Shown: in pieces, positions 40,929 to 51,072 of the stretch
How the letters are laid out: each line of letters begins with the position of its first letter
How positions within the stretch are numbered: the stretch's first letter is position 1
From: Rubrivivax sp. SCN 70-15
Lineage (GTDB): Bacteria > Pseudomonadota > Gammaproteobacteria > Burkholderiales > Burkholderiaceae_C
Length of the DNA stretch: 51,072 nt
Direction: 5' to 3'
Assembly: GCA_001725505.1 (NCBI GenBank)
Contig: MEGM01000001.1
Coordinates: forward strand, 1 to 51,072
Notes under the pieces: generated by a model
What the model was told of the DNA's origin: nothing
The model's database searches: none
The model's input: the letters and a program-made list of their open reading frames with translations, nothing else
Position numbers and translations under genes: made by a program

Positions 40929-42092
40929 TCAGCGAAAGGGGCGCCAGTGTTGCACAGCCAGCGCCAGCGCGCCGGCGACGACGCCCCAGAACGGCGCGCC
41001 GACGCCGGCCAGCGTGAGGCCGCTGGCGGTGACGAGGAAGGTGATCAGTGCCGCCTCGCGGCTCTTCTCGTCCCGGGTCGCAACGGCCAGGCCGCTGCCG
41101 ATCGTGCCGAGCAGCGCGAAGCCGGCCAGCGCGATCACCAGCTCCTTCGGGAACGCGGCGATCAGCCCGACCACCGCACCGCCGACCAGGCCGAGCGCGA
41201 CGTAGAAGACGCCGGCCATCAGCGCCGCGACGTAGCGCCGGGACGGGTCCTCGTGCGCCTCGCGGCCCATGCAGATCGCGGCCGTGATCGCGGCCAGGTT
41301 GAGCGCGTAGGCGCCGAATGGGGCGAGCAGCAGCGTCGCGAGTCCGGTCGTCGTGACCACCGGCGATACCGGCGTGTCGTAGCCGGCGGCGCGCTGCGCG
41401 GCGACGCCGGGCAGGTTCTGCGAAGCCATCGTCACGACGAACAGCGGCAGCGCGATGCCCATCGTCGCGGCGACGCTGAAATGCGGCAGCGTGAACACCG
41501 GCGTCGCGAGCTGCCAGGCGATGCCCGACCAGCGCAGCTCGCCGTGCAGCGCGGCGATCGCCGCGCCGGTGGCGAGCACGCCCGGCACCGCATAGCGCGG
41601 CCAGAGCCGGCGCCCGAACAGGTAGGCGAGCAGCATCGCGCCGACGAGCGTGAACCGGTGCTGCAGCGCGACGAAGGCGTCGATCGCGAAATGCGCCAGC
41701 ACGCCGGCCAGCAGCGCCGCAGCCAGCGCCTGCGGGATGCGGTTCATCACGCGCGCGAACGCGCCGCTCGCGCCGGCGGCGACGATCAGCAGCGCGCAGA
41801 CGATGAAGGCACCGGTCGCATCGTTCATGCTCACGCCGGCGCCCGCGGTCGCGAGCAGCGCCGCCCCCGGCGTCGACCAGGCGGTGAGCACCGGCTGGCG
41901 GTACCACAGGCTCAGCCCGGCGCTGGTGAGCCCCATGCCCAGGCCCAGCGCCCAGATCCACGAGCTGGTCTGCGCCGGCGTCGCGCCCAGCGCCGCCGCG
42001 GCCTGGAAGACGATCACGACCGAGCTCGTGAAGCCGACGAGCACGGCGACGAAACCGGCCACCGTGGCCGAGAGCGAGAAGTCCTTCAGCAT
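40929..42092 (-). CDS. benE: BenE family membrane transporter
   Basis: AWSTPGAALL, PLFVVTMASQNLPG, NLAAITAAIC, REAALITFLVTASG; start could also be 42104. Confidence 0.9.
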   Translation of the reverse strand: MLKDFSLSATVAGFVAVLVGFTSSVVIVFQAAAALGATPAQTSSWIWALGLGMGLTSAGLSLWYRQPVLTAWSTPGAALLATAGAGVSMNDATGAFIVCALLIVAAGASGAFARVMNRIPQALAAALLAGVLAHFAIDAFVALQHRFTLVGAMLLAYLFGRRLWPRYAVPGVLATGAAIAALHGELRWSGIAWQLATPVFTLPHFSVAATMGIALPLFVVTMASQNLPGVAAQRAAGYDTPVSPVVTTTGLATLLLAPFGAYALNLAAITAAICMGREAHEDPSRRYVAALMAGVFYVALGLVGGAVVGLIAAFPKELVIALAGFALLGTIGSGLAVATRDEKSREAALITFLVTASGLTLAGVGAPFWGVVAGALALAVQHWRPFR

Positions 42093-42222
42093 GGCCGCGA
42101 GCATAGACGGCGAAAGCGCGGTCACAGACGGACGCAATTTGACGCGGCTGGTGTACGGCGGCCGGGGGCGGCTTCGGTTCCAATCCGGACTCGACACCAA
42201 AGACGACACGCGAGGAGCGCCC

Positions 42223-42411
42223 ATGAATGCCATCCCGGCCCCCGCCCCCCGCCCGGCACCGGGACGCCGCTTCGCTCTGGCCATCGGCGGCGGCTTCGCG
42301 CTCTTCTCGGCCGCCGCGCTGGCCGCGGCGCTGCTGCTGCACGGTCCGCAGGACGAGCGCCGCGCCGCACCGCGGGCGGCCGCGCCGGGCGCCGACGCGA
42401 ACGCGCGCTAA
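42223..42411 (+). CDS. Putative 62-aa single-pass membrane protein
   Basis: GAGGAG RBS 5 nt before ATG; RR followed by [23 protein letters not shown]; stop overlaps the kup stop. Confidence 0.55.
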   Translation: MNAIPAPAPRPAPGRRFALAIGGGFALFSAAALAAALLLHGPQDERRAAPRAAAPGADANAR

Positions 42412-44333
42412 ATCTCGACCTTCGACCCCAGCTCGACGATCCGGTTCGACGGCAGGTTCAGGAAGTCGGCCGCCGCCGACGCGTTGCGGTGCATGCTGGC
42501 GAAGAGCTTCTCGCGCCACATCGCCATGCCTTCGCCGAAGGTCGGGATCACGGTGTCGCGCGACAGGAAGTAGCTCGTGTCCATCTCGTCGAGCGGCACG
42601 CCGCGGCCCTGCAGCAGCTTGAGCGCCTCGGGCACGTCGGGTTCGTTCTTGAAGCCGTAGTGCAGCGTGATCTGCCAGCAGTCGTGGCCGAGCGGGTCGA
42701 GCTCGATGCGCTTGTCGAAGCCTATCCAGGGCACGTCGTGGTGGCGCACGGTGACGAACAGGTTGTGCTCGTGCAGCACCTTGTTGTGCTTCAGGTTGTG
42801 CATCAGCGCGTTCGGCGCCAGCCCGGCCTCGGCCGCGAGGAAGACCGCGGTGCCGACCACGCGCGTCGGCGGGCTGACGAAGACCGCGTCGAGGAAGCCC
42901 TTCAGGTCGATCGCCTCGTCGCGCAGCCGCTCGGCCACGAGGCGCCGGCCCTGGTACCAGGTCAGCATCAGCGTGAACATGCCGATGCCGATGACGAGCG
43001 GGAACCAGCCGCCGGCGAGCAGCTTGAGCGTGTTCGACGCGAAGAACGTGACGTCGACGAGGAAGAACAGGCCGGTCCCGACGATGCACAGCGGCAGCGG
43101 GTACTTCCAGCCGAAGCGGATCACGAAGAAGGTCATCACCGTCGTGATCGTCATGTCCAGCGTGACCGCGATGCCATAGGCCGCGGCCAGGTTGGTCGAC
43201 GACTTGAACAGCGCGACCGCGAGCACGATGAAGACGAACAGCCCCCAGTTGACGAAAGGCACGTAGATCTGGCCGGTGTCGCGCACCGACGTGTGCAGCA
43301 CGCGCATGCGCGGCAGCAGGCCGAGCTGGATCGCCTGGCGCGTGACCGAGAACGCCGCCGTGATCAGCGCCTGGGATGCGATCACCGTGGCCGCGGTGGC
43401 CAGGAACACGAGCGGCAGCCGCGCCCAGGCCGGCGCCATCAGGTAGAACGGGTTCTCGACCGCTTCGGGCGTCGTCAGCAGCAGCGCGCCCTGGCCGAAG
43501 TAGTTGATCACCAGGGCCGGCATCACCAGTCCGTACCAGGCGATGCGGATCGGCCGCCGGCCGAAGTGGCCGAGGTCGGCATAGAGCGCCTCGCCGCCGG
43601 TGACCACCAGCACCACGGCACCGAGCGAGACGAAGGCCACCAGGGGCTGGTCGGCGACGAAGTCGAAGGCGTGGACCGGGTTCAGCGCCGCCAGCACCGC
43701 GGGCAAGGCGACGATGTGCGGCACGCCGAGCGCGATCAGCGCGAAGAACCAGACCAGCGTCACCGGGCCGAACGCGCGCCCGATGCCGCCGGTGCCGAAG
43801 CGCTGCACCGCGAACAGCGCGGCGAGGACGACGAGCGTGATCGGCAGCACCGCCTCGTCGAGCGCGGGTGCGGCGACCTTCAGCCCCTCGACGGCCGACA
43901 GCACCGAGATCGCGGGCGTGATGACGCCGTCACCGTAGAAGATCGCGGTGCCGAACATGCCGATCACGAGCAGCGTGCAGCGCAGCGCCGGCCTCTCGGC
44001 GACCGCGTTCGTCGCCAGCGCGAGCATCGCGATCAGGCCGCCTTCGCCGTTGTTGTCCGCGCGCAGGATCAGCAGCACGTACTTCAGCGAGACGACGATG
44101 GTGATGGTCCAGAAGATCAGCGACAGCACGCCGAGCACGTTGGCGTGCGACATCGGCACGTGGCCGGCGTGGAAGACCTCCTTCAGCGCGTACAGCGGGC
44201 TGGTGCCGATGTCGCCGTAGACGACGCCCAGCGCGGCCAGCGTCAGGCCGGCGATCTTCTTGGTCTTCGAGCGTGAGGCGGCGGGCAAGGAACGGGCGGC
44301 GCGTGGTGCGCCGTCGTGATTCGACCCCGACAT
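42408..44333 (-). CDS. kup: Potassium transporter Kup
   Basis: [49 protein letters not shown]; start uncertain. Confidence 0.96.
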   Translation of the reverse strand: MSGSNHDGAPRAARSLPAASRSKTKKIAGLTLAALGVVYGDIGTSPLYALKEVFHAGHVPMSHANVLGVLSLIFWTITIVVSLKYVLLILRADNNGEGGLIAMLALATNAVAERPALRCTLLVIGMFGTAIFYGDGVITPAISVLSAVEGLKVAAPALDEAVLPITLVVLAALFAVQRFGTGGIGRAFGPVTLVWFFALIALGVPHIVALPAVLAALNPVHAFDFVADQPLVAFVSLGAVVLVVTGGEALYADLGHFGRRPIRIAWYGLVMPALVINYFGQGALLLTTPEAVENPFYLMAPAWARLPLVFLATAATVIASQALITAAFSVTRQAIQLGLLPRMRVLHTSVRDTGQIYVPFVNWGLFVFIVLAVALFKSSTNLAAAYGIAVTLDMTITTVMTFFVIRFGWKYPLPLCIVGTGLFFLVDVTFFASNTLKLLAGGWFPLVIGIGMFTLMLTWYQGRRLVAERLRDEAIDLKGFLDAVFVSPPTRVVGTAVFLAAEAGLAPNALMHNLKHNKVLHEHNLFVTVRHHDVPWIGFDKRIELDPLGHDCWQITLHYGFKNEPDVPEALKLLQGRGVPLDEMDTSYFLSRDTVIPTFGEGMAMWREKLFASMHRNASAAADFLNLPSNRIVELGSKVEI

Positions 44334-44373
44334 TTTGCACGGGCCGCCCTCGGCGGCCCTGCCCGCCGAGGGC

Positions 44374-45669
44374 CTACTCGTAGACTTCGGCGTTCGGGTC
44401 GGTGGCCTCGAGCTCGTAGGACGCGGCCAGCATCGCCAGCCGGCCGATCACGCCGTACATGTAGAAGCGGTTCGGCGCGCTCGCGCCAGGCTTGACGCCG
44501 GGGCGCGGCAGCTGGTTGCTCTCGGCGAAGGCCAGCGGCACGAAGCTCGAGCCGGGCGCGTTCAGGTTCTCGTCGACGCCGCGCTCGGCGTGGACGCGGT
44601 AGAAGCCGCCGACGACGTAGCGGTCGAGCATGTAGACCACCGGCTCGGCGACGGCGTCGTTCATGCGCTCGTAGGTCGGCACGCCTTCCTGGATGATGAC
44701 CTCGTGGATCTGCCGGCCGCCCTTGGCCACGCTCATCTTGCTGCGCGTGCGCTCGCTCAGCTGCTCGAGCTCCTTCGCGTCGCGCACGGTCATGATGCCC
44801 ATGCCACCGGTGCCGACGTCGGCCTTGACGACGACGAAGGGCTTCTCGCCGATGCCGTATTCCTTGTACTTGCGCCGGATCTTCGCGAGCAGCGTCTCGG
44901 TGTGGCCCTGCACGCATTCGAGCCCGGTCGCCTCGGCGAAGTCGACCTTGCCGCACTGTGCGAACAGCGGGTTGATCAGCCAGGGGTCCATGCCGAGCAG
45001 CTTGGCGAACTTCTTCGCCACCTCCTCGTAGCTCTGGAAATGCCGGCTCTTGCGCCGCACCGTCCAGCCCGCGTGCAGCGGCGGCAGCAGGTACTGCTGG
45101 TGCAGGTTCTCGAGCACCCGCGGCACGCCGGCCGAGAGGTCGTTGTTGAGCAGGATCGTGCAGGGGTCGAAGTCCTTCAGCCCGAGCCGGCCACGGTGGC
45201 GCACGAGGGGCTCGAGCGTCAGCTCGCTGCCGTCGGGCAGCGCCAGTTTCGTCGGCGCCTCGATCTCGTCGTCCAGCGTGCCCAGGCGCACGTTCAGCCC
45301 GGCCTGCGTGAAGATCTGCACCAGGCGCTGGACGTTGGCCAGGTAGAAGGTGTTGCGCGTCGGCCCTTCCGGGATCAGCAGCAGGTTCTTCGCCTCGGGG
45401 CAGATCTTCTCGATCGCCGCCATCGCCGCCTGCACCGCCAGCGGCAGCATCTCGGGCGTGAGGTTGTTGAAGCCGCCGGGGAACAGGTTGGTGTCGACCG
45501 GCGCGAGCTTGAAGCCGGCGTTGCGCAGGTCCACCGAGCAGTAGAACGGCGGCGTGTGCTCCATCCACTCGAGCCGGAACCAGCGCTCGATCGCCGGCAT
45601 CGACTCGAGCACGCGCTGCTCGAGCTCGTTGATCGGGCCGTTCAGCGCGGTGACGAGGTGCGGGACCAT
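44374..45669 (-). CDS. gshA: Glutamate--cysteine ligase (betaproteobacterial type)
   Basis: [46 protein letters not shown]; near gshB. Confidence 0.93.
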   Translation of the reverse strand: MVPHLVTALNGPINELEQRVLESMPAIERWFRLEWMEHTPPFYCSVDLRNAGFKLAPVDTNLFPGGFNNLTPEMLPLAVQAAMAAIEKICPEAKNLLLIPEGPTRNTFYLANVQRLVQIFTQAGLNVRLGTLDDEIEAPTKLALPDGSELTLEPLVRHRGRLGLKDFDPCTILLNNDLSAGVPRVLENLHQQYLLPPLHAGWTVRRKSRHFQSYEEVAKKFAKLLGMDPWLINPLFAQCGKVDFAEATGLECVQGHTETLLAKIRRKYKEYGIGEKPFVVVKADVGTGGMGIMTVRDAKELEQLSERTRSKMSVAKGGRQIHEVIIQEGVPTYERMNDAVAEPVVYMLDRYVVGGFYRVHAERGVDENLNAPGSSFVPLAFAESNQLPRPGVKPGASAPNRFYMYGVIGRLAMLAASYELEATDPNAEVYE

Positions 45670-45815
45670 GGGCAATCCATTCGAGAGAACGTGATCCGAT
45701 TCTAGGAGCCTCATCAGTTCGAAGGATGACGCGCTGCCCCGGCCTGCGCAGAGTCCGTGCGTCGCGGCATCGCTGCCGGCCGACAACCCCAACGAACAAT
45801 CCTCCAGGAGTCGTC

Positions 45816-47573
45816 ATGCGTCACCCCTCTCTCCGATTCCCCCTCGCCGCGCTTCCCGCGGCCTGCGTTGCCAGCGCGCTGGCCCTCGTCGCCTGCGGCG
45901 GCGGCAGCTCCTCGCCCGCCGCCGGCACGCCGTCAACGGCCGCCTCGCTCACGCTGAGCGGCACCGCGGCCACCGGCGCCGCGATCGCCGGGCGACTGGT
46001 CGAGGCGCGCTGCAACGGCGGCACCGGCAGCGCCACCAGCGGCGACGACGGCCACTACGAGATGCCGCTCGCGGCCGGCGCGCTGCCCTGCGTGCTGCGC
46101 GTCACGACGTCCGACGGGACCGTGCTGCACACGCTGGCCATCGGCAGCGGCGCCACCGCGCAGGCCAACCTGACGCCGGTGAGCGAGATGGTCGTGGCGC
46201 GCCTGACCGGCGGCGCGCCGGCGGCCTACTACGACGCCTTCGACGCGGCGGCCGCCGCGGCACTGACCGATGCCCAGGTGCAGGCCGCGGTGAGCGCGAC
46301 CGTGGCGGCGCTGAAGAACAACGGCATCGATCTCGGCTCGGTCGGCAACGTGCTGAGTGCCGCGCTCGTGGCGGCCCATGGCACGACCCCGGGCAATCCC
46401 TTCGACGAGCTTCTCGGTCAGCTGCAGACGGCGCTGGCGGCCCGCGACACGACACTGGCCGCGCTCGTCGACGCGCTGGCCAAGAGTTCGCCGGCCGCGC
46501 CGGCCACCAGCCTCAGCGCCGACCCGTCGCTGCCCGCCGACACGCTGCTGAGCCCCGCGGCCGCGAACTGCAAGGCGCTGCGCAGCGGACGCTACCGCGT
46601 CGTGGTCAACGACGACCCGAACACGGTGCCGGGGGGCACCGATGTCGCGACCGAGGTCGTCAGCGTCGATGCCACCCGGCTGCAAGTGACGAACTCGAAC
46701 GGCGAGGTCGCCACGTTCACCGAGGCCGGCCCCTGCCGCTACACCGGTCCGCAAGGCGGCGGCATCACGGTCACGCCGGCCGGCGTCGTCGTGGCCCAGT
46801 TCGACGCGCCGCCCTACCGCGGCGCGCTCCTCTTCCCCGAGCAGAGCCACGACGTCACGGAACTGGCCGGCGAATGGAATTCGATCGGCCTGGACCGCAC
46901 GACCGACAACGGCCCGGTGCACGTGACGACCGCGACTCTGGTGTGGGATGCCGCGGGCAGGCTGGGTGGCGGCCAGTTCTGCGATGGCGTGGTCAGCGGC
47001 TGCGGGACCTTCGACGCGACGAACCTGCCGGACATCACGATCAGTGCCAACCCGGCCGGCGGCTTCGACGTCGTCAACACCACGGACGGCTGGCGCGACC
47101 GCCTGTTTGCCTACCGCGCCGGCGGCGGCGAACTGATGCTCGTGCAACTCGCGCCGGGTGGGCACCTGGGCTTCAGCACGCGCAAGGTCGCGCGCGCGAT
47201 GCCAACGGTGGGCGACGTCAGCCAGGGCTGGCAGATCGGGCTGGTGCCGAACGCGACGCCGCCGTACTACACCGCGCCGGCGGCGATCAGCCAGTTCGAG
47301 AGCACGGTGAGCGCGCTCGACGCGGCGAACCAGCGCTTCGAGCGACAGGCGGTGTCGGACTTCACGACGAACGTGACGCGCCCCGAGACCGTGGCGATCA
47401 ACGCCCCGCGCGACGGCTACACCCACCGCCTGCCGGCGAGCGTGGTCGACAGCAGCGGTGCGACGGTCAACGTCGGCGAATGGGTTGCCTTGCAGCTGCG
47501 CGGGATGGGGCTGGCACCGGTGGGCGTGGCGTCGAACAACAACCTCGTGCTGGCCGCGGCGCAGGGGCAGTAG
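45816..47573 (+). CDS. Large uncharacterised lipoprotein (585 aa)
   Basis: AGGAG RBS; lipobox LVA-C followed by GGGSS linker; Gly/Thr/Ala-rich with several cysteines. Confidence 0.8.
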   Translation: MRHPSLRFPLAALPAACVASALALVACGGGSSSPAAGTPSTAASLTLSGTAATGAAIAGRLVEARCNGGTGSATSGDDGHYEMPLAAGALPCVLRVTTSDGTVLHTLAIGSGATAQANLTPVSEMVVARLTGGAPAAYYDAFDAAAAAALTDAQVQAAVSATVAALKNNGIDLGSVGNVLSAALVAAHGTTPGNPFDELLGQLQTALAARDTTLAALVDALAKSSPAAPATSLSADPSLPADTLLSPAAANCKALRSGRYRVVVNDDPNTVPGGTDVATEVVSVDATRLQVTNSNGEVATFTEAGPCRYTGPQGGGITVTPAGVVVAQFDAPPYRGALLFPEQSHDVTELAGEWNSIGLDRTTDNGPVHVTTATLVWDAAGRLGGGQFCDGVVSGCGTFDATNLPDITISANPAGGFDVVNTTDGWRDRLFAYRAGGGELMLVQLAPGGHLGFSTRKVARAMPTVGDVSQGWQIGLVPNATPPYYTAPAAISQFESTVSALDAANQRFERQAVSDFTTNVTRPETVAINAPRDGYTHRLPASVVDSSGATVNVGEWVALQLRGMGLAPVGVASNNNLVLAAAQGQ

Positions 47574-47597
47574 GCGCGGCGACGCTGGGTCGCACGT

Positions 47598-47627
47598 GAA
47601 AAAAAGGGCCGTCGGGCGGCCCTTCTC
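47598..47627 (-). terminator. Intrinsic terminator of the glnK-amtB operon (possibly bidirectional)
   Basis: Minus strand AAGGGCCGCCCGACGGCCC followed by TTTTTTT. Confidence 0.85.
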
Positions 47628-47644
47628 GGTACGGGAACCTGGTA

Positions 47645-49156
47645 TCAGTTGTGGTACGCAGTCTCTCCGTGCGAGGTGATGTCCAGACCCTCGCGCTCCT
47701 CTTCTTCCGGCACGCGCAGGCCGATCGTCATGTCGACGATCTTGTACGCGATCAGCGAGACTACGCCCGACCAGACGACGGTCACGCCGACCGCCTTGGC
47801 CTGGATCAGGAGCTGGTCGAAGATGCCGTTCGAGCCGACCGCGCCGGTGACCCAGTCGGTCACGAGGCCCGGGCCGCCGAGCGACTGGCTGTTGAAGATG
47901 CCGGTCAGCAGCGCACCCGTGATGCCGCCGATGCCGTGCACGCCGAACACGTCGAGCGTGTCGTCCGCGCCGAGGATCTTCTTCAGACCCGTCACGCCCC
48001 ACAGGCAGATGAAGCCCGCCGCAGCGCCGACCACCAGCGCGCCGACGATGCCGACGTTGCCCGCTGCCGGCGTGATCGCCACCAGCCCGGCGACGGCACC
48101 CGACGCGGCGCCCAGCATCGAGGCCTTGCCCTTCAGCAGCGCCTCGCCGGTGCACCAGGCCAGCACCGCGACCGCGGTCGCCGAGAAGGTGTTCAGGAAG
48201 GCGAGCGCGGCGCTGTTGCCGGCTTCGAGCGCCGAGCCGGCGTTGAAGCCGAACCAGCCCACCCACAGCAGCGAGGCACCGACCATCGTCAGCGTCAGGC
48301 TGTGCGGCGGCATCGATTCCTTGCCGTAGCCGATGCGCTTGCCGACCATGTACGCGCCCACCAGACCGGCGACGGCGGCGTTGATGTGCACGACCGTGCC
48401 GCCCGCGAAGTCGAGCGCGCCCCATTGCCAGAGCAGACCGGCCTTGGCGTTCATCGCGTCGACCACGCCCTTGCCGGTGTAGGCGTCCGGGCCCATCCAG
48501 AACCAGACCATGTGCGCGATCGGCGTGTAGCTGAACGTGAACCACAGCACCATGAACATCAGCACCGCCGAGAACTTGATCCGCTCGGCGAACGAGCCGA
48601 CGATCAGGCCGCAGGTGATGGCCGCGAAGGTGGCCTGGAACACGACGAACACGATCTCCGGCAGCACGACGCCCTTGCTGAAGGTCGCGGCGGTGGCGAA
48701 GTTGCCGGTCGCCGGGTCGAACACCCCGTTGAGGAACAGTCGACTGAAGCCGCCGATGAACGCGTTGCCCTCGGTGAACGCCAGGCTGTAGCCGTAGACG
48801 ACCCAGAGCACGACGATGAGCGAGAAGGTCACGAAGACCTGCATCAGCACCGACAGCATGTTCTTGCTGCGCACCAGGCCGCCGTAGAACAGCGCCAGGC
48901 CGGGGATCGACATCATGATCACGAGCGCCGTCGAGACGAGCATCCAGCTGACGTCGCCCTTGTTCACCGTCTCGACCGGGGCCGAGGCGGCTGCAGCGGG
49001 GGCGGCGACGGCCGCCGGGGTGGCCGCCGCGGCGGACGCGTCGGCGGCGGGTGCCGACGCCACCGGCGCCGACGCAGCCGCGTCCTGCGCGTGCGCGGCG
49101 CCGACGGAGCCCAGGGCGGCGAGGCCCAGGGCAAGGATTGCGATGAGTTTCTTCAT
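47645..49156 (-). CDS. amtB: Ammonium transporter
   Basis: PGLALFYGG, FQATFA, DFAGGTVVH, LWVGWFGFNAGS, DD.LDVFGVHG, GLD..SHGE; signal peptide plus Ala-rich N-terminus. Confidence 0.98.
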   Translation of the reverse strand: MKKLIAILALGLAALGSVGAAHAQDAAASAPVASAPAADASAAAATPAAVAAPAAAASAPVETVNKGDVSWMLVSTALVIMMSIPGLALFYGGLVRSKNMLSVLMQVFVTFSLIVVLWVVYGYSLAFTEGNAFIGGFSRLFLNGVFDPATGNFATAATFSKGVVLPEIVFVVFQATFAAITCGLIVGSFAERIKFSAVLMFMVLWFTFSYTPIAHMVWFWMGPDAYTGKGVVDAMNAKAGLLWQWGALDFAGGTVVHINAAVAGLVGAYMVGKRIGYGKESMPPHSLTLTMVGASLLWVGWFGFNAGSALEAGNSAALAFLNTFSATAVAVLAWCTGEALLKGKASMLGAASGAVAGLVAITPAAGNVGIVGALVVGAAAGFICLWGVTGLKKILGADDTLDVFGVHGIGGITGALLTGIFNSQSLGGPGLVTDWVTGAVGSNGIFDQLLIQAKAVGVTVVWSGVVSLIAYKIVDMTIGLRVPEEEEREGLDITSHGETAYHN

Positions 49157-49182
49157 GGTTGTCTGCTTTGGTGTGGACGCGG

Positions 49183-50287
<1,105 letters not shown>

Positions 50288-50332
50288 GAGAACTCCATTC
50301 GTTGCAGAAAGTGACGTGGGCTGACCCGGGTT

Positions 50333-50348
50333 TGCAGCTTCTGTGCCA
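50333..50348 (-). promoter_or_regulatory. sigma54 (-24/-12) promoter of the porin-glnK-amtB operon
   Basis: Minus strand TGGCAC-AGAAG-CTGCA with exact GG-N10-GC spacing, ~45 nt upstream of the ATG. Confidence 0.82.
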
Positions 50349-50409
50349 CCTCTTGCCGGACGCGCTCTGCCCTGGGGCGGCGCAGCGCGCGGCTGGAACA
50401 GGAAATCGA

Positions 50410-50454
50410 TGCACCGAAACGGGGAAAAGGGGCAAAACGCACAAGAACGGTGCG
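50410..50454. promoter_or_regulatory. NtrC-type upstream activator sites
   Basis: CGCAC-N7-GTGCG at 50438-50454 and weaker TGCAC-N7-GGGAA at 50410-50426 (consensus TGCAC-N7-GTGCA). Confidence 0.72.
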
Positions 50455-50496
50455 TCGGAGGAGCGCGCGCACAATGGCCGCCGGAGGATCGCGACG

Positions 50497-51072
50497 ATGA
50501 CGCTGGCCGTGGTGAGCAGCCGCGCGCTCGACGGGCTGGAGGCGCCCGAGGTGCAGGTCGAGGTGCAGCTCGCCAACGGCCTGCCCAGCTTCACGCTCGT
50601 CGGCCTGGCCGACACCGAGGTGCGCGAATCGCGCGAGCGCGTGCGCGCCGCGCTCCAGCAGAGCGGCTTCGCCTTCCCGCACAACAAGCGCATCACCGTC
50701 AACCTGGCGCCGGCCGAGCTGCCCAAGGAGTCCGGCCGCTTCGACCTGCCGATCGCGCTCGGCATCCTGGCAGCGGCCGAGGTCGTCGACCCGGCCCGGC
50801 TCGCGGCCTTCGAGTTCGCCGGCGAGCTGTCGCTGGCCGGCGAGCTGCGCCCGGTTCGGGGCGCGCTCGCGCTCGGCCTCGCGCTGCGCCGCGCCGGGGC
50901 CCCGCGCGCGCTGGTGCTGCCCGCGGCCAGCGCGAGCGAGGCAGCGCAGGTCGGCGGCATCGACGTGCGCGCGGCCGCGACGCTGGCCGAGGTCGTCGGC
51001 GCGCTGCTGCCCGGTGACGCAGCGATTGCGCTGCCCGCCGCCTTGCCGCAGGCGCGCGCACCGGCATCGGCC
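50497..51072 (+). CDS. comM: YifB/ComM family Mg-chelatase-like AAA+ ATPase, 5' part; runs off the window
   Basis: Manual translation MTLAVVSSRALDGLEAPEVQVEV..GLPSFTLVGLADTEVRESRERVRAAL..RITVNLAPAELPKESGRFDLPIA; GGAGG RBS; absent from the ORF track because there is no stop. Confidence 0.93.
   Translation, partial: MTLAVVSSRALDGLEAPEVQVEVQLANGLPSFTLVGLADTEVRESRERVRAALQQSGFAFPHNKRITVNLAPAELPKESGRFDLPIALGILAAAEVVDPARLAAFEFAGELSLAGELRPVRGALALGLALRRAGAPRALVLPAASASEAAQVGGIDVRAAATLAEVVGALLPGDAAIALPAALPQARAPASA

Noticed and set aside
40863-44276. 1137-aa plus-strand ORF, and similar long ORFs at 45933..49208, 15348..17975, 22369..24768 and 10055..12691
   Set aside because: Antisense or off-frame shadows of well-supported genes; Arg/Ala/Gly-rich with no motifs, as expected from scarce stop codons at this GC content
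48960-49100. Ala/Pro-rich low-complexity tract in the AmtB N-terminus, and a similar linker in DsbD near 23360-23460
   Set aside because: Ordinary flexible linkers in this group; no exact tandem DNA repeat

Overview
A very GC-rich bacterial chromosomal window whose gene content and order point to Betaproteobacteria, Burkholderiales (Rubrivivax/Piscinibacter/Methylibium-like; inferred). Left to right: a partial S9 peptidase; a ~12 kb catabolic cluster (XdhC, Liv-type ABC importer, DhpH-like flavin monooxygenase, VOC protein, TetR, and a divergent three-subunit molybdenum hydroxylase that is not a true CO dehydrogenase); ppk2 and an acyl-CoA synthetase; the complete atpIBEFHAGDC operon; DsbD; glpD, a lactonase and an aldose epimerase; a cytochrome b / c' pair; a MocR-linked EamA-aminotransferase-PhzF-VOC-AlaX module; uup; a divergent SHMT-fold enzyme; gshB-benE-kup-gshA; a large lipoprotein; a sigma54/NtrC-type porin-glnK-amtB operon; and partial comM. 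No rRNA, tRNA, CRISPR array, transposase or integrase was seen. The most notable items are (1) an 87-bp structured element present twice in the atp operon, sitting exactly on stop codons, bounded by TGA at both ends and showing three compensatory base changes; (2) the probable pyridine/N-heterocycle degradation cluster of unknown substrate; and (3) the MocR-AlaX module, whose aminotransferase appears to have lost a ~21-25 aa helix. All calls come from reading motifs by eye; no database searches were run.
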